A stretch of DNA of 64,000 nt from Candidatus Moranbacteria bacterium GW2011_GWA2_39_41 (GCA_000995125.1 LBXA01000001.1:15511-79510), one strand, 5' to 3'; shown: positions 29,505-39,804, numbered from the stretch's first letter. Notes: generated from the sequence alone by a model not told the origin. A program made the numbers and translations.

Positions 29505-30197
29505 TTATCTTATAATCGTCCCCTTGGCTTTTTTACCTTCCAAGTATTTTTTCAAGTTAGGCAAATTTTTGCCATTCATGATGGCCACTTCCAAATTGTT
29601 TTCTTGCGCTTCTTTGGAAGCGATGGGATCAAACGGCGCGTTCATGCCGGGGTCCCACTTATTGCCGACCATCTTGCGAAAATCTGCCCAAGACATTGTT
29701 TCAATTTTCTTGGCATCGGGAAACTTGCGCGGATCTTTGTCGCAAACATAATCAATGTTGGAGAGATTGATAATCGTTTTGATGTTCAAATACTTCGCCA
29801 ACAGTACGGCGTCAAAATCGGTTGAGAAACCTGGGCGCCAACCAGCAGCCACCAAGATGTTTTCTTTGAAGTCATAGAAATCTTCCAAATCGTGTGGATT
29901 CTTATTGATTCTGGGATGCGCGTTTTTTCGAAAAATTGTGCGAATGAAATGCGCGTTCATTCTGGTGGCATGAATGCCAATCCAATCCTTGTCATCATCT
30001 GTAATGTTGTCCACCTTGGCCGCCGCATCAATATATTTGCGTGCCGTTTTGCCGCCACCCGTAATCAAAATAAATTTATAACCCTTCTTGATTTGCTCTT
30101 CAATCAGCGCTTTGAACTTTTTCACAAATTTCCAATCAATCTCCTCTGGCACAATAAGCGACCCACCCAACGAAATAATTACTGTTTTTTTGTCCAT
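29505..30197 (-). CDS. pyrH: UMP kinase (archaeal-type)
   Basis: ISLGGS, GGGKTARKYI, STDFDAV, KDP, PFDPIA. Confidence 0.9.
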   Translation of the reverse strand: MDKKTVIISLGGSLIVPEEIDWKFVKKFKALIEEQIKKGYKFILITGGGKTARKYIDAAAKVDNITDDDKDWIGIHATRMNAHFIRTIFRKNAHPRINKNPHDLEDFYDFKENILVAAGWRPGFSTDFDAVLLAKYLNIKTIINLSNIDYVCDKDPRKFPDAKKIETMSWADFRKMVGNKWDPGMNAPFDPIASKEAQENNLEVAIMNGKNLPNLKKYLEGKKAKGTIIR

Positions 30198-30209
30198 AAA
30201 TTATAAAAA

Positions 30210-30629
30210 TTAATATTTACATCCCATGCTACGTGTGCGTCCCTGGGCTGTTGCCTCCCCTTCCGTTTTGAAGCAGGCTAGATTTTCTGGCTTGATTCTT
30301 TTGGCATAGGAGCAAGTCGGCGGATAATATTTATCTGAACTTTTACTGCCAACATATAGACAATTGGTCATATTTGCCGGTTGTTGTGAATTGGCCTCAG
30401 GAACGGCCTTTTGAGTAGGGGTGCTGTTGGATTCAATTATACCACCAACTGGGCTTTCCGGGCTAGTTTTGGGGCTCTCGATGGGCTTCTCGATGACCAA
30501 AGGGCTAGTCTCGAGAGATTTGCCTTGCACATAACCAAACTCAAAGGAAATTCCAGCCACCAACAAAAAACCAATAGCGATAACTATCTTATATTCATAT
30601 TGCGTCCAAAACTCCTTTATTTTGTTCAT
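30210..30629 (-). CDS. Membrane-anchored protein with Ada metal-binding-like C-terminal domain
   Basis: TM helix, Pro/Ser linker, YVGSKSSDKYY..TC...I...N..CF. Confidence 0.7.
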   Translation of the reverse strand: MNKIKEFWTQYEYKIVIAIGFLLVAGISFEFGYVQGKSLETSPLVIEKPIESPKTSPESPVGGIIESNSTPTQKAVPEANSQQPANMTNCLYVGSKSSDKYYPPTCSYAKRIKPENLACFKTEGEATAQGRTRSMGCKY

Positions 30630-30788
30630 TTATTTGTTCCCATTGACTACAAACCACAAACTATCAACTAAAAACTAATTGACTGTTGACATTATACCAT
30701 ATTTTGCTATAATAAATCTCGTTAGTCGAAAGCATTGTGGTGATGGACAAATGTGCCGACAAATGATTTTTAAAAAACATAATATCTT

Positions 30789-30949
30789 GGCAGTCCCAGC
30801 ACCAATTCCAACAAAGTTTTGTAATAATATTTAATTTTGTTTGTGTAGGCGCCTTCGGCTCAATCAAGATATTTCCTAAGAATTTAATAGCGAATTGGTG
30901 CGGGATGCTCATATTTGTAGCCGCTCGTACCTCGCAGACAAATATGGCA
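30789..30949 (+). repeat. ~161-nt structured element, copy A (overlaps rpmA start)
   Basis: TCCCAGCACCAATTC...CGCCTTCGGCT...GAATTGGTGCGGGATGCTCATATTTGTAGC...CTCGCAGACAAATATGGCA. Confidence 0.9.
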
Positions 30950-31297
30950 CATCGTAAAGCTGGTGGTTCTACCCAGCTGGGCCGAGATTCAATCTCGAAA
31001 CGGCTCGGCGTAAAAATCTTTGGAGATCAAAAAGTTCAAGCTGGCAACATCATTATCCGGCAAAGAGGTTCCAAGTGGCGACTTGGAAAAAATGTTCGTC
31101 GCGGTGAAGATGACACTCTCTATTCAGTAATTGACGGTATGGTGAAATTCACTAAAAAGAAAATCACCACCTTCACTGGCAAGCTGGAAGAAAAAAGATT
31201 TGTTTCAGTGGTGGAAGCTGTAACTATTGAAAGAAAAGTTCGAGCTCCTCGCGCCAAAACAAAGGCTGGCAAAATCAGCAACGCAAAGAAAAAATAA
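30944..31297 (+). CDS. rpmA: 50S ribosomal protein L27 with basic C-terminal tail
   Basis: [34 protein letters not shown]. Confidence 0.96.
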   Translation: MAHRKAGGSTQLGRDSISKRLGVKIFGDQKVQAGNIIIRQRGSKWRLGKNVRRGEDDTLYSVIDGMVKFTKKKITTFTGKLEEKRFVSVVEAVTIERKVRAPRAKTKAGKISNAKKK

Positions 31298-31305
31298 TTT
31301 TGTAC

Positions 31306-31352
31306 ACCCCAGTTAAATATTTCTGCCTACGGTAAAAATTTAACGGGGTAAA
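31306..31352 (+). repeat. CCC-GTT(A/G)AAT family element (short copy)
   Basis: ACCCC(A)GTTAAAT...TGCCTACGGTA...ATTTAACGGGGTAAA. Confidence 0.75.
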
Positions 31353-31354
31353 TA

Positions 31355-31388
31355 AAAAAATCCTCTCAGTTATTTGAGAGGATTTTTT
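31355..31388. terminator. Bidirectional terminator rpmA/pyrG
   Basis: AAAAAATCCTCTCA...TGAGAGGATTTTTT. Confidence 0.8.
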
Positions 31389-31402
31389 GTTAGCATCAAG
31401 CT

Positions 31403-33049
31403 TTATTTTTTTTTCTTCTTCAAGTCTTGTCCGGCTTTGATGAACGCGTTGAAAAGTGGATGACCGCTAAGTGGACTGGTTTTTAGTTCTGGATGAAATT
31501 GGGTGGCCAAGAAGAATGGGTGCACTGCGGTTGGCAATTCAGTGATTTCCATCAATTTGCCATTTGGGGATTTGCCTGAGAAAACCAAACCAGCTTTTTC
31601 CAAGCTTTCGATATACACTGGATTGACTTCCCAACGATGTCTGTGTCGTTCAGAAATTTTTGTAGTTTCGTAGGCCTTGTTAGCTAGACTGCCTTTTTGC
31701 AAATTGGCAGGATAAGCTCCCAAGCGCATCGTGGCTCCATAGTTGCCATCTTCCAAATTCTTTTTTTGTTCTGGCATAATGTCGATGACTGGATTTTTCG
31801 TTTTGCGATCCACTTCAGTGGTATTGGCACCTTTGAGTCCCAAAACATTGCGCGAATATTCAATCACAGCCAATTGCATGCCATAACAAAGTCCAAAGAA
31901 TGGAATTTTGTTTTTACGCAAAAATTCAATTGCCAAAATCTTGCCCTCAATTCCACGTGAACCAAATCCACCGGGAATCACCACGCCGTCATAAAATTTT
32001 AAGTCTTCCAATTTATCAGGATTTTTTTCATACACCTCTGAGCTGATCCAATCGATTTCTGGCTTCACATTGTTTTGGTAGGCGGCGTGTTTCACAGCTT
32101 CAATCACACTGATGTAGGCATCTGACAAAACGAAATCGCCGGTGCCAAAATATTTTCCCACAATTCCAATTTTGGCCACACCCTTTGGATGCTTGATTTT
32201 GTCCACCAAGTTATACCACCTTTTCAAATCGGTCTTATTATATTTAAGTCCCAATTTTTTCAAAATCAAACGACTGAAATCATCGCGTTCGAAATTAATT
32301 GGCACTTCATAGATGCTGTCGATATCTGGCGCAGAGATCACATCGCGTTCTGGAATATTGCAAAACATTGCAATCTTTTCTTTGCGTCTTTGATCTAAAT
32401 ATGTTTCCGCTCGCGCAATAATGAAGTCTGGTTGGATGCCAGCGCTATTCAAAGTTCGCACAGCATATTGCGTTGGCTTGGTTTTCATTTCGCCTACCTT
32501 GGAAGGGATTGGCAGATAACTGACCATGATTGTGATTACATCATCTGGATGCTTAATTTTCATCATGCGTGCTGCTTCCAAGAAGAGAATGTTTTGATAT
32601 TCGCCCACTGTTCCGCCCACTTCAATAATAGTGATGTCAGACTTGGCCTTGTCTGAGGCTTTCTCAATGCGGTCAATCACTTCCAATGGAATGTGAGGCA
32701 CAACTTCCACACATTTGCCCTTGTACTCCAAATTTCTTTCTTTATGAATGACAGTTTCATACACGCGTCCCGTGGTCATATAATTGTCACGTGGCAATTC
32801 CACTTCCAAAAATCTTTCGTAGTTGCCCATGTCTTGGTCAGTTTCATCCCCGTCATTCAAAACAAAGACTTCACCATGTTCAGTTGGATTCATTGTGCCA
32901 GCATCAACGTTGATATACGGATCAATTTTGATTGCAGTTACAACAAATCCACGTGCTTTCAAAATAGCGCCCACCGATGAAGTTGTAATTCCTTTCCCCA
33001 CACCGCTCATTACTCCCCCAACCACGAAAATATATTTTCTGTTCTTCAT
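31403..33049 (-). CDS. pyrG: CTP synthase
   Basis: GGVMSGVGKG, KIDPYINVDAGTMNP, GLCYGMQ, ERHRHR, QFHPE. Confidence 0.98.
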   Translation of the reverse strand: MKNRKYIFVVGGVMSGVGKGITTSSVGAILKARGFVVTAIKIDPYINVDAGTMNPTEHGEVFVLNDGDETDQDMGNYERFLEVELPRDNYMTTGRVYETVIHKERNLEYKGKCVEVVPHIPLEVIDRIEKASDKAKSDITIIEVGGTVGEYQNILFLEAARMMKIKHPDDVITIMVSYLPIPSKVGEMKTKPTQYAVRTLNSAGIQPDFIIARAETYLDQRRKEKIAMFCNIPERDVISAPDIDSIYEVPINFERDDFSRLILKKLGLKYNKTDLKRWYNLVDKIKHPKGVAKIGIVGKYFGTGDFVLSDAYISVIEAVKHAAYQNNVKPEIDWISSEVYEKNPDKLEDLKFYDGVVIPGGFGSRGIEGKILAIEFLRKNKIPFFGLCYGMQLAVIEYSRNVLGLKGANTTEVDRKTKNPVIDIMPEQKKNLEDGNYGATMRLGAYPANLQKGSLANKAYETTKISERHRHRWEVNPVYIESLEKAGLVFSGKSPNGKLMEITELPTAVHPFFLATQFHPELKTSPLSGHPLFNAFIKAGQDLKKKKK

Positions 33050-33154
33050 AAAATTATTTTGTATTAAAAAATTTAATTTTTTACAAACGAAAAAGTCGCT
33101 TCCCCTGCGACTTCATATTTAATCTTTCAAAAAGTTCAAAAACTACAGGTATCT

Positions 33155-33598
33155 CTAGCTAGCACTTTCTACAAGCACTGCGATAGTTGCCTCTATTCTA
33201 TGATCTAGTTCAACTTTCACTTCGTATTCACCCAATTCTTTGATGGGACTTTCTAATATAATTGATTTTTCTGGCAGAACAATATTTTCTTTTTTCAATT
33301 CTTTCAGGATGTCTTTCACATGCACTGCGCCAAAAAGTTTGCCACACTTTTCTTTCACCAAAAGCGTGATGCTTTTGCCATCCAATTGCGCTGCCAGCTC
33401 TTGAGTTTTCTCCAAATCAATTTGCTCTTTTTCCTTTTGCTTACTTTTGATAACTTCCACTTTTTTCAAACCTGATCCTGTGGCAATTTCCGCTAATTTT
33501 TTCACAAACAAAAAATTGCGCGCATATCCTTCAGACACTTCTTTGATATCGCCTCTTTTGCCAAGGCCTTTCACATCTTGCAATAGGATTATTTTCAT
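33155..33598 (-). CDS. rplI: 50S ribosomal protein L9
   Basis: [16 protein letters not shown]...GYARNFL, GKLFG, PIKELG; start trimmed to ATG 33598. Confidence 0.96.
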   Translation of the reverse strand: MKIILLQDVKGLGKRGDIKEVSEGYARNFLFVKKLAEIATGSGLKKVEVIKSKQKEKEQIDLEKTQELAAQLDGKSITLLVKEKCGKLFGAVHVKDILKELKKENIVLPEKSIILESPIKELGEYEVKVELDHRIEATIAVLVESAS

Positions 33599-33718
33599 AT
33601 ATTTGATGTTATTGCTAACCTCTCTATTATAGCAAATTTTTGGAGTGTGGCAAATAGAAAAAATCGACCCAGAAAAGAGTCGGCTCAATCAAATTAAATC
33701 AGTATTTTTCTAAAAATC

Positions 33719-34999
33719 TTAATTAACAAGACCTCTGATAATCTTCACCGCCTTATCCATCTGTGGATCTTTTTCAGCTTTGAAATCTTCCAAAGTCAAT
33801 TCTACTTCAGTGTCAGGAGTGATGCCTTTTTCCATAATATAATCGCCATTCGGAGTTAGCCATTTGGCCACGGTTATTTTGACACTAGATTTTCCAGGTA
33901 AACCAATAAGTTCCTGCACTGAGCCCTTGCCAAAAGATTTTTTGCCAATCAACTGAACTCCGCGATTATCGCGTAAAGCACCCGCTAAAATTTCTGAAGC
34001 GCTAGCGCTTCCTTCATTGATCAAAACCACCAGTGGAATTGCGTTGAGTTTGTCGCCACCCGAGGTGTATAGATTATCTTTTTTTCCAGCACTATCCTCT
34101 TCAGACACTACTACCTTGCCTCTGGGAATAAACCGACTGGCAATTTCAATTGATGAAGTCAAGAACCCTCCTGGGTTGTTACGCAAATCCAACACAATTC
34201 CCTTGGAACCTTGAGCGATGATTTGATTCATGGCTACGTCAAATTCTTTAGAGGTCTTTTCACCAAACTGATTTATTTTTAAATAAGCAATATTGTTATC
34301 CTTGAACTCAACTTTCACGCTTTTCACTTCAATTGTGTCTCGAATGATAGTTATATCCCTAGTCTCTTGATCGCCTTTGTGAAAAACTGTCAGCTGCACT
34401 TCCGTGCCTTTCTTGCCACGAATCAAATCTACTGCCGCATCAATCGTTAAATCTGAAGTTGTTTTGTCACCAATTTTCACAATCTTGTCGCCTGACATCA
34501 ATCCTGCTTTTTGCGCCGGTGAGCCATCTAACGGTGCAATTACCGTCAAAATATCATCCTTGATGCCCAGTTCTGCTCCAATACCATCAAAACTACCCTG
34601 GATATCTTGAGCAAATTCTTTAGTTTCTTTGGGATCAAAAAAAGTTGTGTATGGATCATCCGTCGCTTTGAGCATTCCCTTGATGGCACCATAAACCAAT
34701 TTTTGTGCATCTAATGAACTTTGGTTAGCATATTTCACCTTAAGCGTGTCCCAAACTTTCCAAAAAAGCCCAAAATCAACTGTGTCTTTGCCAGTAGAAA
34801 ATTGATTGGTTACAATTGTTGAGCCGATTGGATGCTCTTGGTTCAAAATCAATTCGTCGGCAGATTTCTTGCCGTTAGTGTAGCCAAGCCAAAAAGCTCC
34901 AATTAGAAGAAATAGAATTATAAAAAAAGAAAGGTATTTTGAAAAAATATTTTTATTTTTTTTCTCTGGACTTATTTCTGGAGTTCGCTCTTCATCCAT
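33719..34999 (-). CDS. ctpA: C-terminal processing peptidase S41 with PDZ domain
   Basis: DPYT, GIGA, DLRNNPGG, SASASEI, GKGSVQ. Confidence 0.95.
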   Translation of the reverse strand: MDEERTPEISPEKKNKNIFSKYLSFFIILFLLIGAFWLGYTNGKKSADELILNQEHPIGSTIVTNQFSTGKDTVDFGLFWKVWDTLKVKYANQSSLDAQKLVYGAIKGMLKATDDPYTTFFDPKETKEFAQDIQGSFDGIGAELGIKDDILTVIAPLDGSPAQKAGLMSGDKIVKIGDKTTSDLTIDAAVDLIRGKKGTEVQLTVFHKGDQETRDITIIRDTIEVKSVKVEFKDNNIAYLKINQFGEKTSKEFDVAMNQIIAQGSKGIVLDLRNNPGGFLTSSIEIASRFIPRGKVVVSEEDSAGKKDNLYTSGGDKLNAIPLVVLINEGSASASEILAGALRDNRGVQLIGKKSFGKGSVQELIGLPGKSSVKITVAKWLTPNGDYIMEKGITPDTEVELTLEDFKAEKDPQMDKAVKIIRGLVN

Positions 35000-35024
35000 A
35001 ATCTTTTTGTATTTTTAATTTTTT

Positions 35025-35834
35025 TTAATTATGTTTAGGTATGGCCTTGCCTGAATATTTAATAAAATATTTTATGGCACTAATAATGTGAATTCGAGTC
35101 AATTTATTCGAAAGCAAAGACTGAAGTACACTTTTGCCAGCTGAACCACGACCATGATAATGAAACATTTGTGATCCGGGGAAATAGACAACCTTGAAGC
35201 CTTGCTCCCAAAATCGTCGACACCAGTCAGTGTCTTCAAAATATAAATTGAAGCGATGATCCATTTCACCAACTTTGTCCACCGCCTTGCGACTAGTCAT
35301 CAGAGATGAGCCCATAATCCAATCAACTTCACGAATACTTTGATGATCAAAATCCTTCATCAAGAATTTCTCCAAATGTTTTTTAGCAAACCACAATTTG
35401 CCCAAAGGAGTTCGACGATACACAATTGTCATGGGAGTGTAAAATCTGAAAGTTGAAGGTTGCGAAGTTTCATTGAAATTCAAAAGTTGTGGCCCGACAA
35501 GACCAGCTTCCGAATGATTTTTAATATAGTTCAAAAGATTTTCTACGGAATCTTTTTTGACAATAATGTCGCCATTCAGAATCAAAATATATTTTCCTTG
35601 CGCCACGGCCAAACCATTATTAACAGTCATACTGAATCCGACATTTGAAATTGCTAGCAAAAATTTGATTTCCGGATAATCCTCCCCCATCATCAATTCA
35701 GTTTTTTCCTGTGTCTCACTATCTGAAACAATAACTTCATAATCAGACAAGGTTACATTTTTCTTAATCGAATCAATACAAACCTTCAAAAGATCTGGAT
35801 TTTTGTAATGCGTTATGATGATGGAAAGTTCCAT
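35025..35834 (-). CDS. Glycosyltransferase family 2 (WbbL-like)
   Basis: LSIII, NVGFS, LILNGD, YFEDTDWC. Confidence 0.9.
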   Translation of the reverse strand: MELSIIITHYKNPDLLKVCIDSIKKNVTLSDYEVIVSDSETQEKTELMMGEDYPEIKFLLAISNVGFSMTVNNGLAVAQGKYILILNGDIIVKKDSVENLLNYIKNHSEAGLVGPQLLNFNETSQPSTFRFYTPMTIVYRRTPLGKLWFAKKHLEKFLMKDFDHQSIREVDWIMGSSLMTSRKAVDKVGEMDHRFNLYFEDTDWCRRFWEQGFKVVYFPGSQMFHYHGRGSAGKSVLQSLLSNKLTRIHIISAIKYFIKYSGKAIPKHN

Positions 35835-35853
35835 TGGAAGTTGAGCTTAACAC

Positions 35854-37053
35854 TTACATTTTGGGTTTGATATCAGATTGAGCTGGCATAGTGAATATAT
35901 TTTTTGCCATATCGCGAATCTTGTCGTAATTATCTCCGATGGGTAGTAAGATGTATCCTGCCCCGTTAGCTGGTGGATTATACAAAAAGCCTTCTTCTGA
36001 ATTTTCTAGAACTCTTTGATAAATCTGTGGATTATTCATCTCCATATATAATTCATAAAATCGTTTCATTTCCCAAGCTTGCATATCGGTGCGCGTGTTG
36101 TCACCAAGATCATCCAAAATATTGTTCAATTTAGCAAAATCCGTTAGTGTTCCAGCACTCAATAATTTATTTTTAATAGCTTGAATAATCAATTGTTGTC
36201 TCTTGGCTCGCTCAAAATCACTGGATGTTACGCGTGATCGAGAAAGGCACAATGCTTGATCGCCGTTGAGTGTGACGTCACCCGCTGGCAATGAGAAATC
36301 TCCACCACATTCCAATTCTTCCTGTTTCACTTCTTTGGCAAAACATAGTGGATAAATTTTTGGATTAGCATAGTATGTTCCATTCTTCCTTTGAATTCTT
36401 TTAGTTTCTACTTCACCAGATGGCACGGTATATATAATGCCGTCACATCGTTGTTTCAACCCGCGAAATTGCATTGTTTCAGAAAATGGCGCATCCAAAT
36501 GAAAATTGATGCCACCAATATTGTCTACCAAGTTTTTAAAACCTTCAAAATTAATACTGGCTGCATAAGCTACATCAAGACCTGTCACTTCACTTAAGAT
36601 TTTCTTCATATCTTGCATCCCCTGTCCCTTGCCCTTTTGTTCACCATAAGCATGCACGGCGTTTATTTTTTGTTGAGTCTGTGTTCCGGGCACTGTGACA
36701 TACAAATCTCTTGGTACAGAAATCATCGAAGCTTTATTATCGGTCGGCCTAATACTCACCACCATAATTGTATCAGCTAAGAGACCACCACCCTCAACAC
36801 CTTCGCCACGCATACCTAAAAGCGCAATATTGACCTGCCCCTCTTTCTCACCTTTCAATTTTTCAGTCACACCTGGCAAAGAATGTATCAGGCTAGAAAA
36901 TATGCCACCATTACCATCGGAAATTTTGTTTAAAAGATTGGTTGCTTTCCAAGCAAAAACACCTCCGCCAATAGCTAGAATGGCGATAATTATCATCGAA
37001 ACCTTAACCCACTTTCTTTTGAAAAAACTAGGTTTGTAATTTGCCTCTAACAT
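35854..37053 (-). CDS. LCP (LytR-CpsA-Psr) glycopolymer transferase
   Basis: TM helix, NIALLG, ADTIMV, SVPRD, KINA, SDFERAKRQQ. Confidence 0.92.
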   Translation of the reverse strand: MLEANYKPSFFKRKWVKVSMIIIAILAIGGGVFAWKATNLLNKISDGNGGIFSSLIHSLPGVTEKLKGEKEGQVNIALLGMRGEGVEGGGLLADTIMVVSIRPTDNKASMISVPRDLYVTVPGTQTQQKINAVHAYGEQKGKGQGMQDMKKILSEVTGLDVAYAASINFEGFKNLVDNIGGINFHLDAPFSETMQFRGLKQRCDGIIYTVPSGEVETKRIQRKNGTYYANPKIYPLCFAKEVKQEELECGGDFSLPAGDVTLNGDQALCLSRSRVTSSDFERAKRQQLIIQAIKNKLLSAGTLTDFAKLNNILDDLGDNTRTDMQAWEMKRFYELYMEMNNPQIYQRVLENSEEGFLYNPPANGAGYILLPIGDNYDKIRDMAKNIFTMPAQSDIKPKM

Positions 37054-37291
37054 AACTTTTTTCTTCTTAAATTAATGAATAAATTGCTCATTCATGTATG
37101 TATGAGCATAGTATATATTTTACTTTTGATTGCGCTTGATGTCAATCGACCCTAGTCAATACTCATTTTATGGTATATCTCAAGCATTTTCTGATGGTCT
37201 TCTATTATAACTATATTTATAACGCTACTTTTAACTTATTAATTAATTTTGAAAATTTTCACTCCACACCATCTCCGCAGTCTTGCATCTA

Positions 37292-38359
37292 TTACCCGAA
37301 ATAATTTTCTACCGCAAATTCAAATTGTTGCATGAATATTTCTTTTATATAAGAAACATTATTTTGTTCATAAAACAATATCATAGCTTTTTTGTATTCA
37401 ATAGTGTTGACATCTCGATACGACAACATAGATTTGCTATAAGCATGCAGGATTGCGTTGGCAATGATGCGTGAGGTGCGCTTGTTGCCATCTTCGAATG
37501 GCTGAATATAGGCAATCATAACGAGTACAATAAAGGACTTAGTGAAAGGATTTTCCACTTTTTCGAGAGCTTCTACTAATTTTTTCATAATAACTTCAAT
37601 TTCTTTTTTCTTAGGTATGGGTCGATAAATCGTTCCCGTGATTCCAACTGGATGATCCCTGAAGTCTTTTTTGATATCTATTTTTTCCGTCAGAAACTCG
37701 TGGATTTTTATAATCTTATCCAATGTAATATCTTTGAAATAGTCGTCATTAGTTAGAATAAAATCAAGTGTTTTTTTGTGATTCAATAACATCTGCGCCT
37801 CTGATTTGTCTTTTCCCTTGGCAAAATGCATCTCGCGAAGGAGCATTTCCGTTTCGAGCAAGGTATAGGTGTTGCCTTCAATTTCTGAAGACTTCCAAGA
37901 TAGCTCTATTATCAAGCGTTCCCATTCTTTTCGGAAAATAGCTGGGCTATCCTTAGCCAACTTATTTCTTGTTTCGATATACTTTCCATTGGCTTTCTCC
38001 AACATTTCTATTTCTTCTTCTGAAAAAAGATTGTCATTCAATATGGAAAAAATTTCATCCTTAAACACTGGACTTGCCTCTCTTTCTGAAAATGGACGCG
38101 AAAAATATTCTTCCACATTAATTTTCTCAAGCGCCAAATATTGCTGGGAAATGCTATAGGAAATTGACCGCCCTTTCCCATGCTTGTCTAAAATATTATT
38201 TTTTGCCAAAAATGACAGATCGCGAACAAGCGTCAATCGCTTAACTCCAAATTTTTTTTCAATCAAACCCAAAACATCACCAATCTGAAGGGTTTTTTCT
38301 TTCTTTATAAAATTAACGATTTCCTGCTGTCTTTCGTTTAATTTAGGGTAAATTTGCAT
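37292..38359 (-). CDS. Fic family protein with N-terminal wHTH
   Basis: SSEIEGNT; variant motif QPFEDGNKRTSR; N-terminal LNERQQEI...TLVRDL. Confidence 0.9.
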   Translation of the reverse strand: MQIYPKLNERQQEIVNFIKKEKTLQIGDVLGLIEKKFGVKRLTLVRDLSFLAKNNILDKHGKGRSISYSISQQYLALEKINVEEYFSRPFSEREASPVFKDEIFSILNDNLFSEEEIEMLEKANGKYIETRNKLAKDSPAIFRKEWERLIIELSWKSSEIEGNTYTLLETEMLLREMHFAKGKDKSEAQMLLNHKKTLDFILTNDDYFKDITLDKIIKIHEFLTEKIDIKKDFRDHPVGITGTIYRPIPKKKEIEVIMKKLVEALEKVENPFTKSFIVLVMIAYIQPFEDGNKRTSRIIANAILHAYSKSMLSYRDVNTIEYKKAMILFYEQNNVSYIKEIFMQQFEFAVENYFG

Positions 38360-38421
38360 AATTGTATCATTTTTATTCCTAATTACATCCTAATTGTATC
38401 ATTTATGATACAATTAGTCAA
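38359..38421 (-). promoter_or_regulatory. fic promoter with overlapping palindromic operator
   Basis: TTGACT-17-TACAAT; perfect IR CTAATTGTATCAT-N2-ATGATACAATTAG (38390-38417) plus a half-site at 38359-38370. Confidence 0.8.
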
Positions 38422-38470
38422 CCGAAAAGTCTATCATTATCTATATATAGTCAAATAGAGCCTTTGTTTT

Positions 38471-39628
38471 TTATATCATTTTTTTCATTCCTTTATATAT
38501 CTCCAACATTTTTTCAGCAGTCTGGCGCCAAGCGAATTTGGCTGATTGTTGTAATTCTTTTTGAGTCAAATCAGCGCGCAAGGCGTCGTCAGAGACGATG
38601 CGGGTGAGTTTTTGCGAGAAGTCGTCGGCGTTGGTCATATCAAACAAGAGCACCGAATCTTCGGTGATTTCCAAGTGTGGTGGAATGTCAGAAGCCAAAG
38701 TTGGCACACCTAGCGTCATAGCCTCCAAAATTGGAATACCAAAACCCTCATACAAAGACGGGAAACAAAAAACATGCGCCAATTTGAAAATCGCCGCTTT
38801 GTCAGCTTCATCAATGAAACCTGGCAAAAACACTTCGTCTCGCAATCCATAGTTTTTGATAAATTCATCAATGCGGGTGTCAAAATTGTGACCGCGTCCA
38901 CCGGCCAAAACTAATTTCAGATCTTTTCTTTTTTCCGTCGGGATTTTGATGAAGGCCTCAATCAAGGCTGGTAGATTTTTGCGCGGTTGCAAGGTGCCGA
39001 TATATAGAATGAATTTTTGTGGTAGATTATATTTTTGTCTAACCATTTCCAACTGCTCTGCTAAAATATTTTCAGCGAAACCATCTGCCACAGCATTGTG
39101 AATCCATTCCAATTTTTCATCTGGGATTTGATAAAACTTTTTGATCTCGGAAATTGTGAATTGCGAAACACCCACAATTTTGTCCGCCCGCTTCAAACTC
39201 AGCGGAATCAAAAAATTCAAAAAGAACAAATCAACTTTTCCAATTAATTTGGGAAAAACCTTGAATGACACATCATGAATGATTGTTACAGCCTTAATTT
39301 TCTTGGGAATGAAAAATGGCGTGATGTATTGCACCTGCAAGATGTCCACCAGATTCTCCTTCAAATATTTCGGCAAAATCCACGCGTTCCAAGAAAATTT
39401 ATTAGCACCACCCTCGCACACTGGCACGACCTTGAAATTGTTTGGCAATTGCAAAAGTTCAATTGATTCTCGCAAATCAGCATCAGCCACGGGATTGCGA
39501 TCAGTCAGCAAAACATACTCATTCTCCTTATCGATCACCGCCAAATTTTTCACCAAATTAAAAAACACGACCTCATCCCCCGTTCTATTTTTGCCAATAT
39601 TGCGAATGTCGATTGCTATTTTTGCCAT
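38471..39628 (-). CDS. Glycosyltransferase family 4
   Basis: MAKIAID, IIHD, GTLQPRKN, PSLYEGFGIPILEAM; start trimmed to ATG 39628. Confidence 0.93.
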   Translation of the reverse strand: MAKIAIDIRNIGKNRTGDEVVFFNLVKNLAVIDKENEYVLLTDRNPVADADLRESIELLQLPNNFKVVPVCEGGANKFSWNAWILPKYLKENLVDILQVQYITPFFIPKKIKAVTIIHDVSFKVFPKLIGKVDLFFLNFLIPLSLKRADKIVGVSQFTISEIKKFYQIPDEKLEWIHNAVADGFAENILAEQLEMVRQKYNLPQKFILYIGTLQPRKNLPALIEAFIKIPTEKRKDLKLVLAGGRGHNFDTRIDEFIKNYGLRDEVFLPGFIDEADKAAIFKLAHVFCFPSLYEGFGIPILEAMTLGVPTLASDIPPHLEITEDSVLLFDMTNADDFSQKLTRIVSDDALRADLTQKELQQSAKFAWRQTAEKMLEIYKGMKKMI

Positions 39629-39783
39629 TTTTGTCTGCGAGGCACGAGCAGCTACAAAAATAGCATCCCGCACAAATTCGCAAATTAAACTTTTTGTTAA
39701 ATATAAATTTAGCCGCAGGCGAGTTCACAATAAGAATTAACTACAACATAAATCTTTATTGAAATTTGTTGCGGGACATTGCC
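39623..39783 (-). repeat. ~161-nt structured element, copy B (overlaps GT4 start)
   Basis: TCCCGCAACAAATTT...CGCCTGCGGCT...GAATTTGTGCGGGATGCTATTTTTGTAGC...CTCGCAGACAAAAATGGCA. Confidence 0.9.
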
Positions 39784-39804
39784 TTGTATATTGTAGCATG
39801 GCCA

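Noticed and set aside
30905-30943. In-frame N-terminal extensions [13 protein letters not shown] (L27) and MRDAIFVAARASQTK (GT4) as a shared leader peptide like the Prp-cleaved L27 extension
   Set aside because: The third copy at iscU is out of frame and the substitutions preserve base pairing, so conservation is at the nucleic-acid level; no prp gene is adjacent.
37054-38470. Prophage or IS boundaries around fic
   Set aside because: No integrase, transposase, terminal repeats or target duplication seen.
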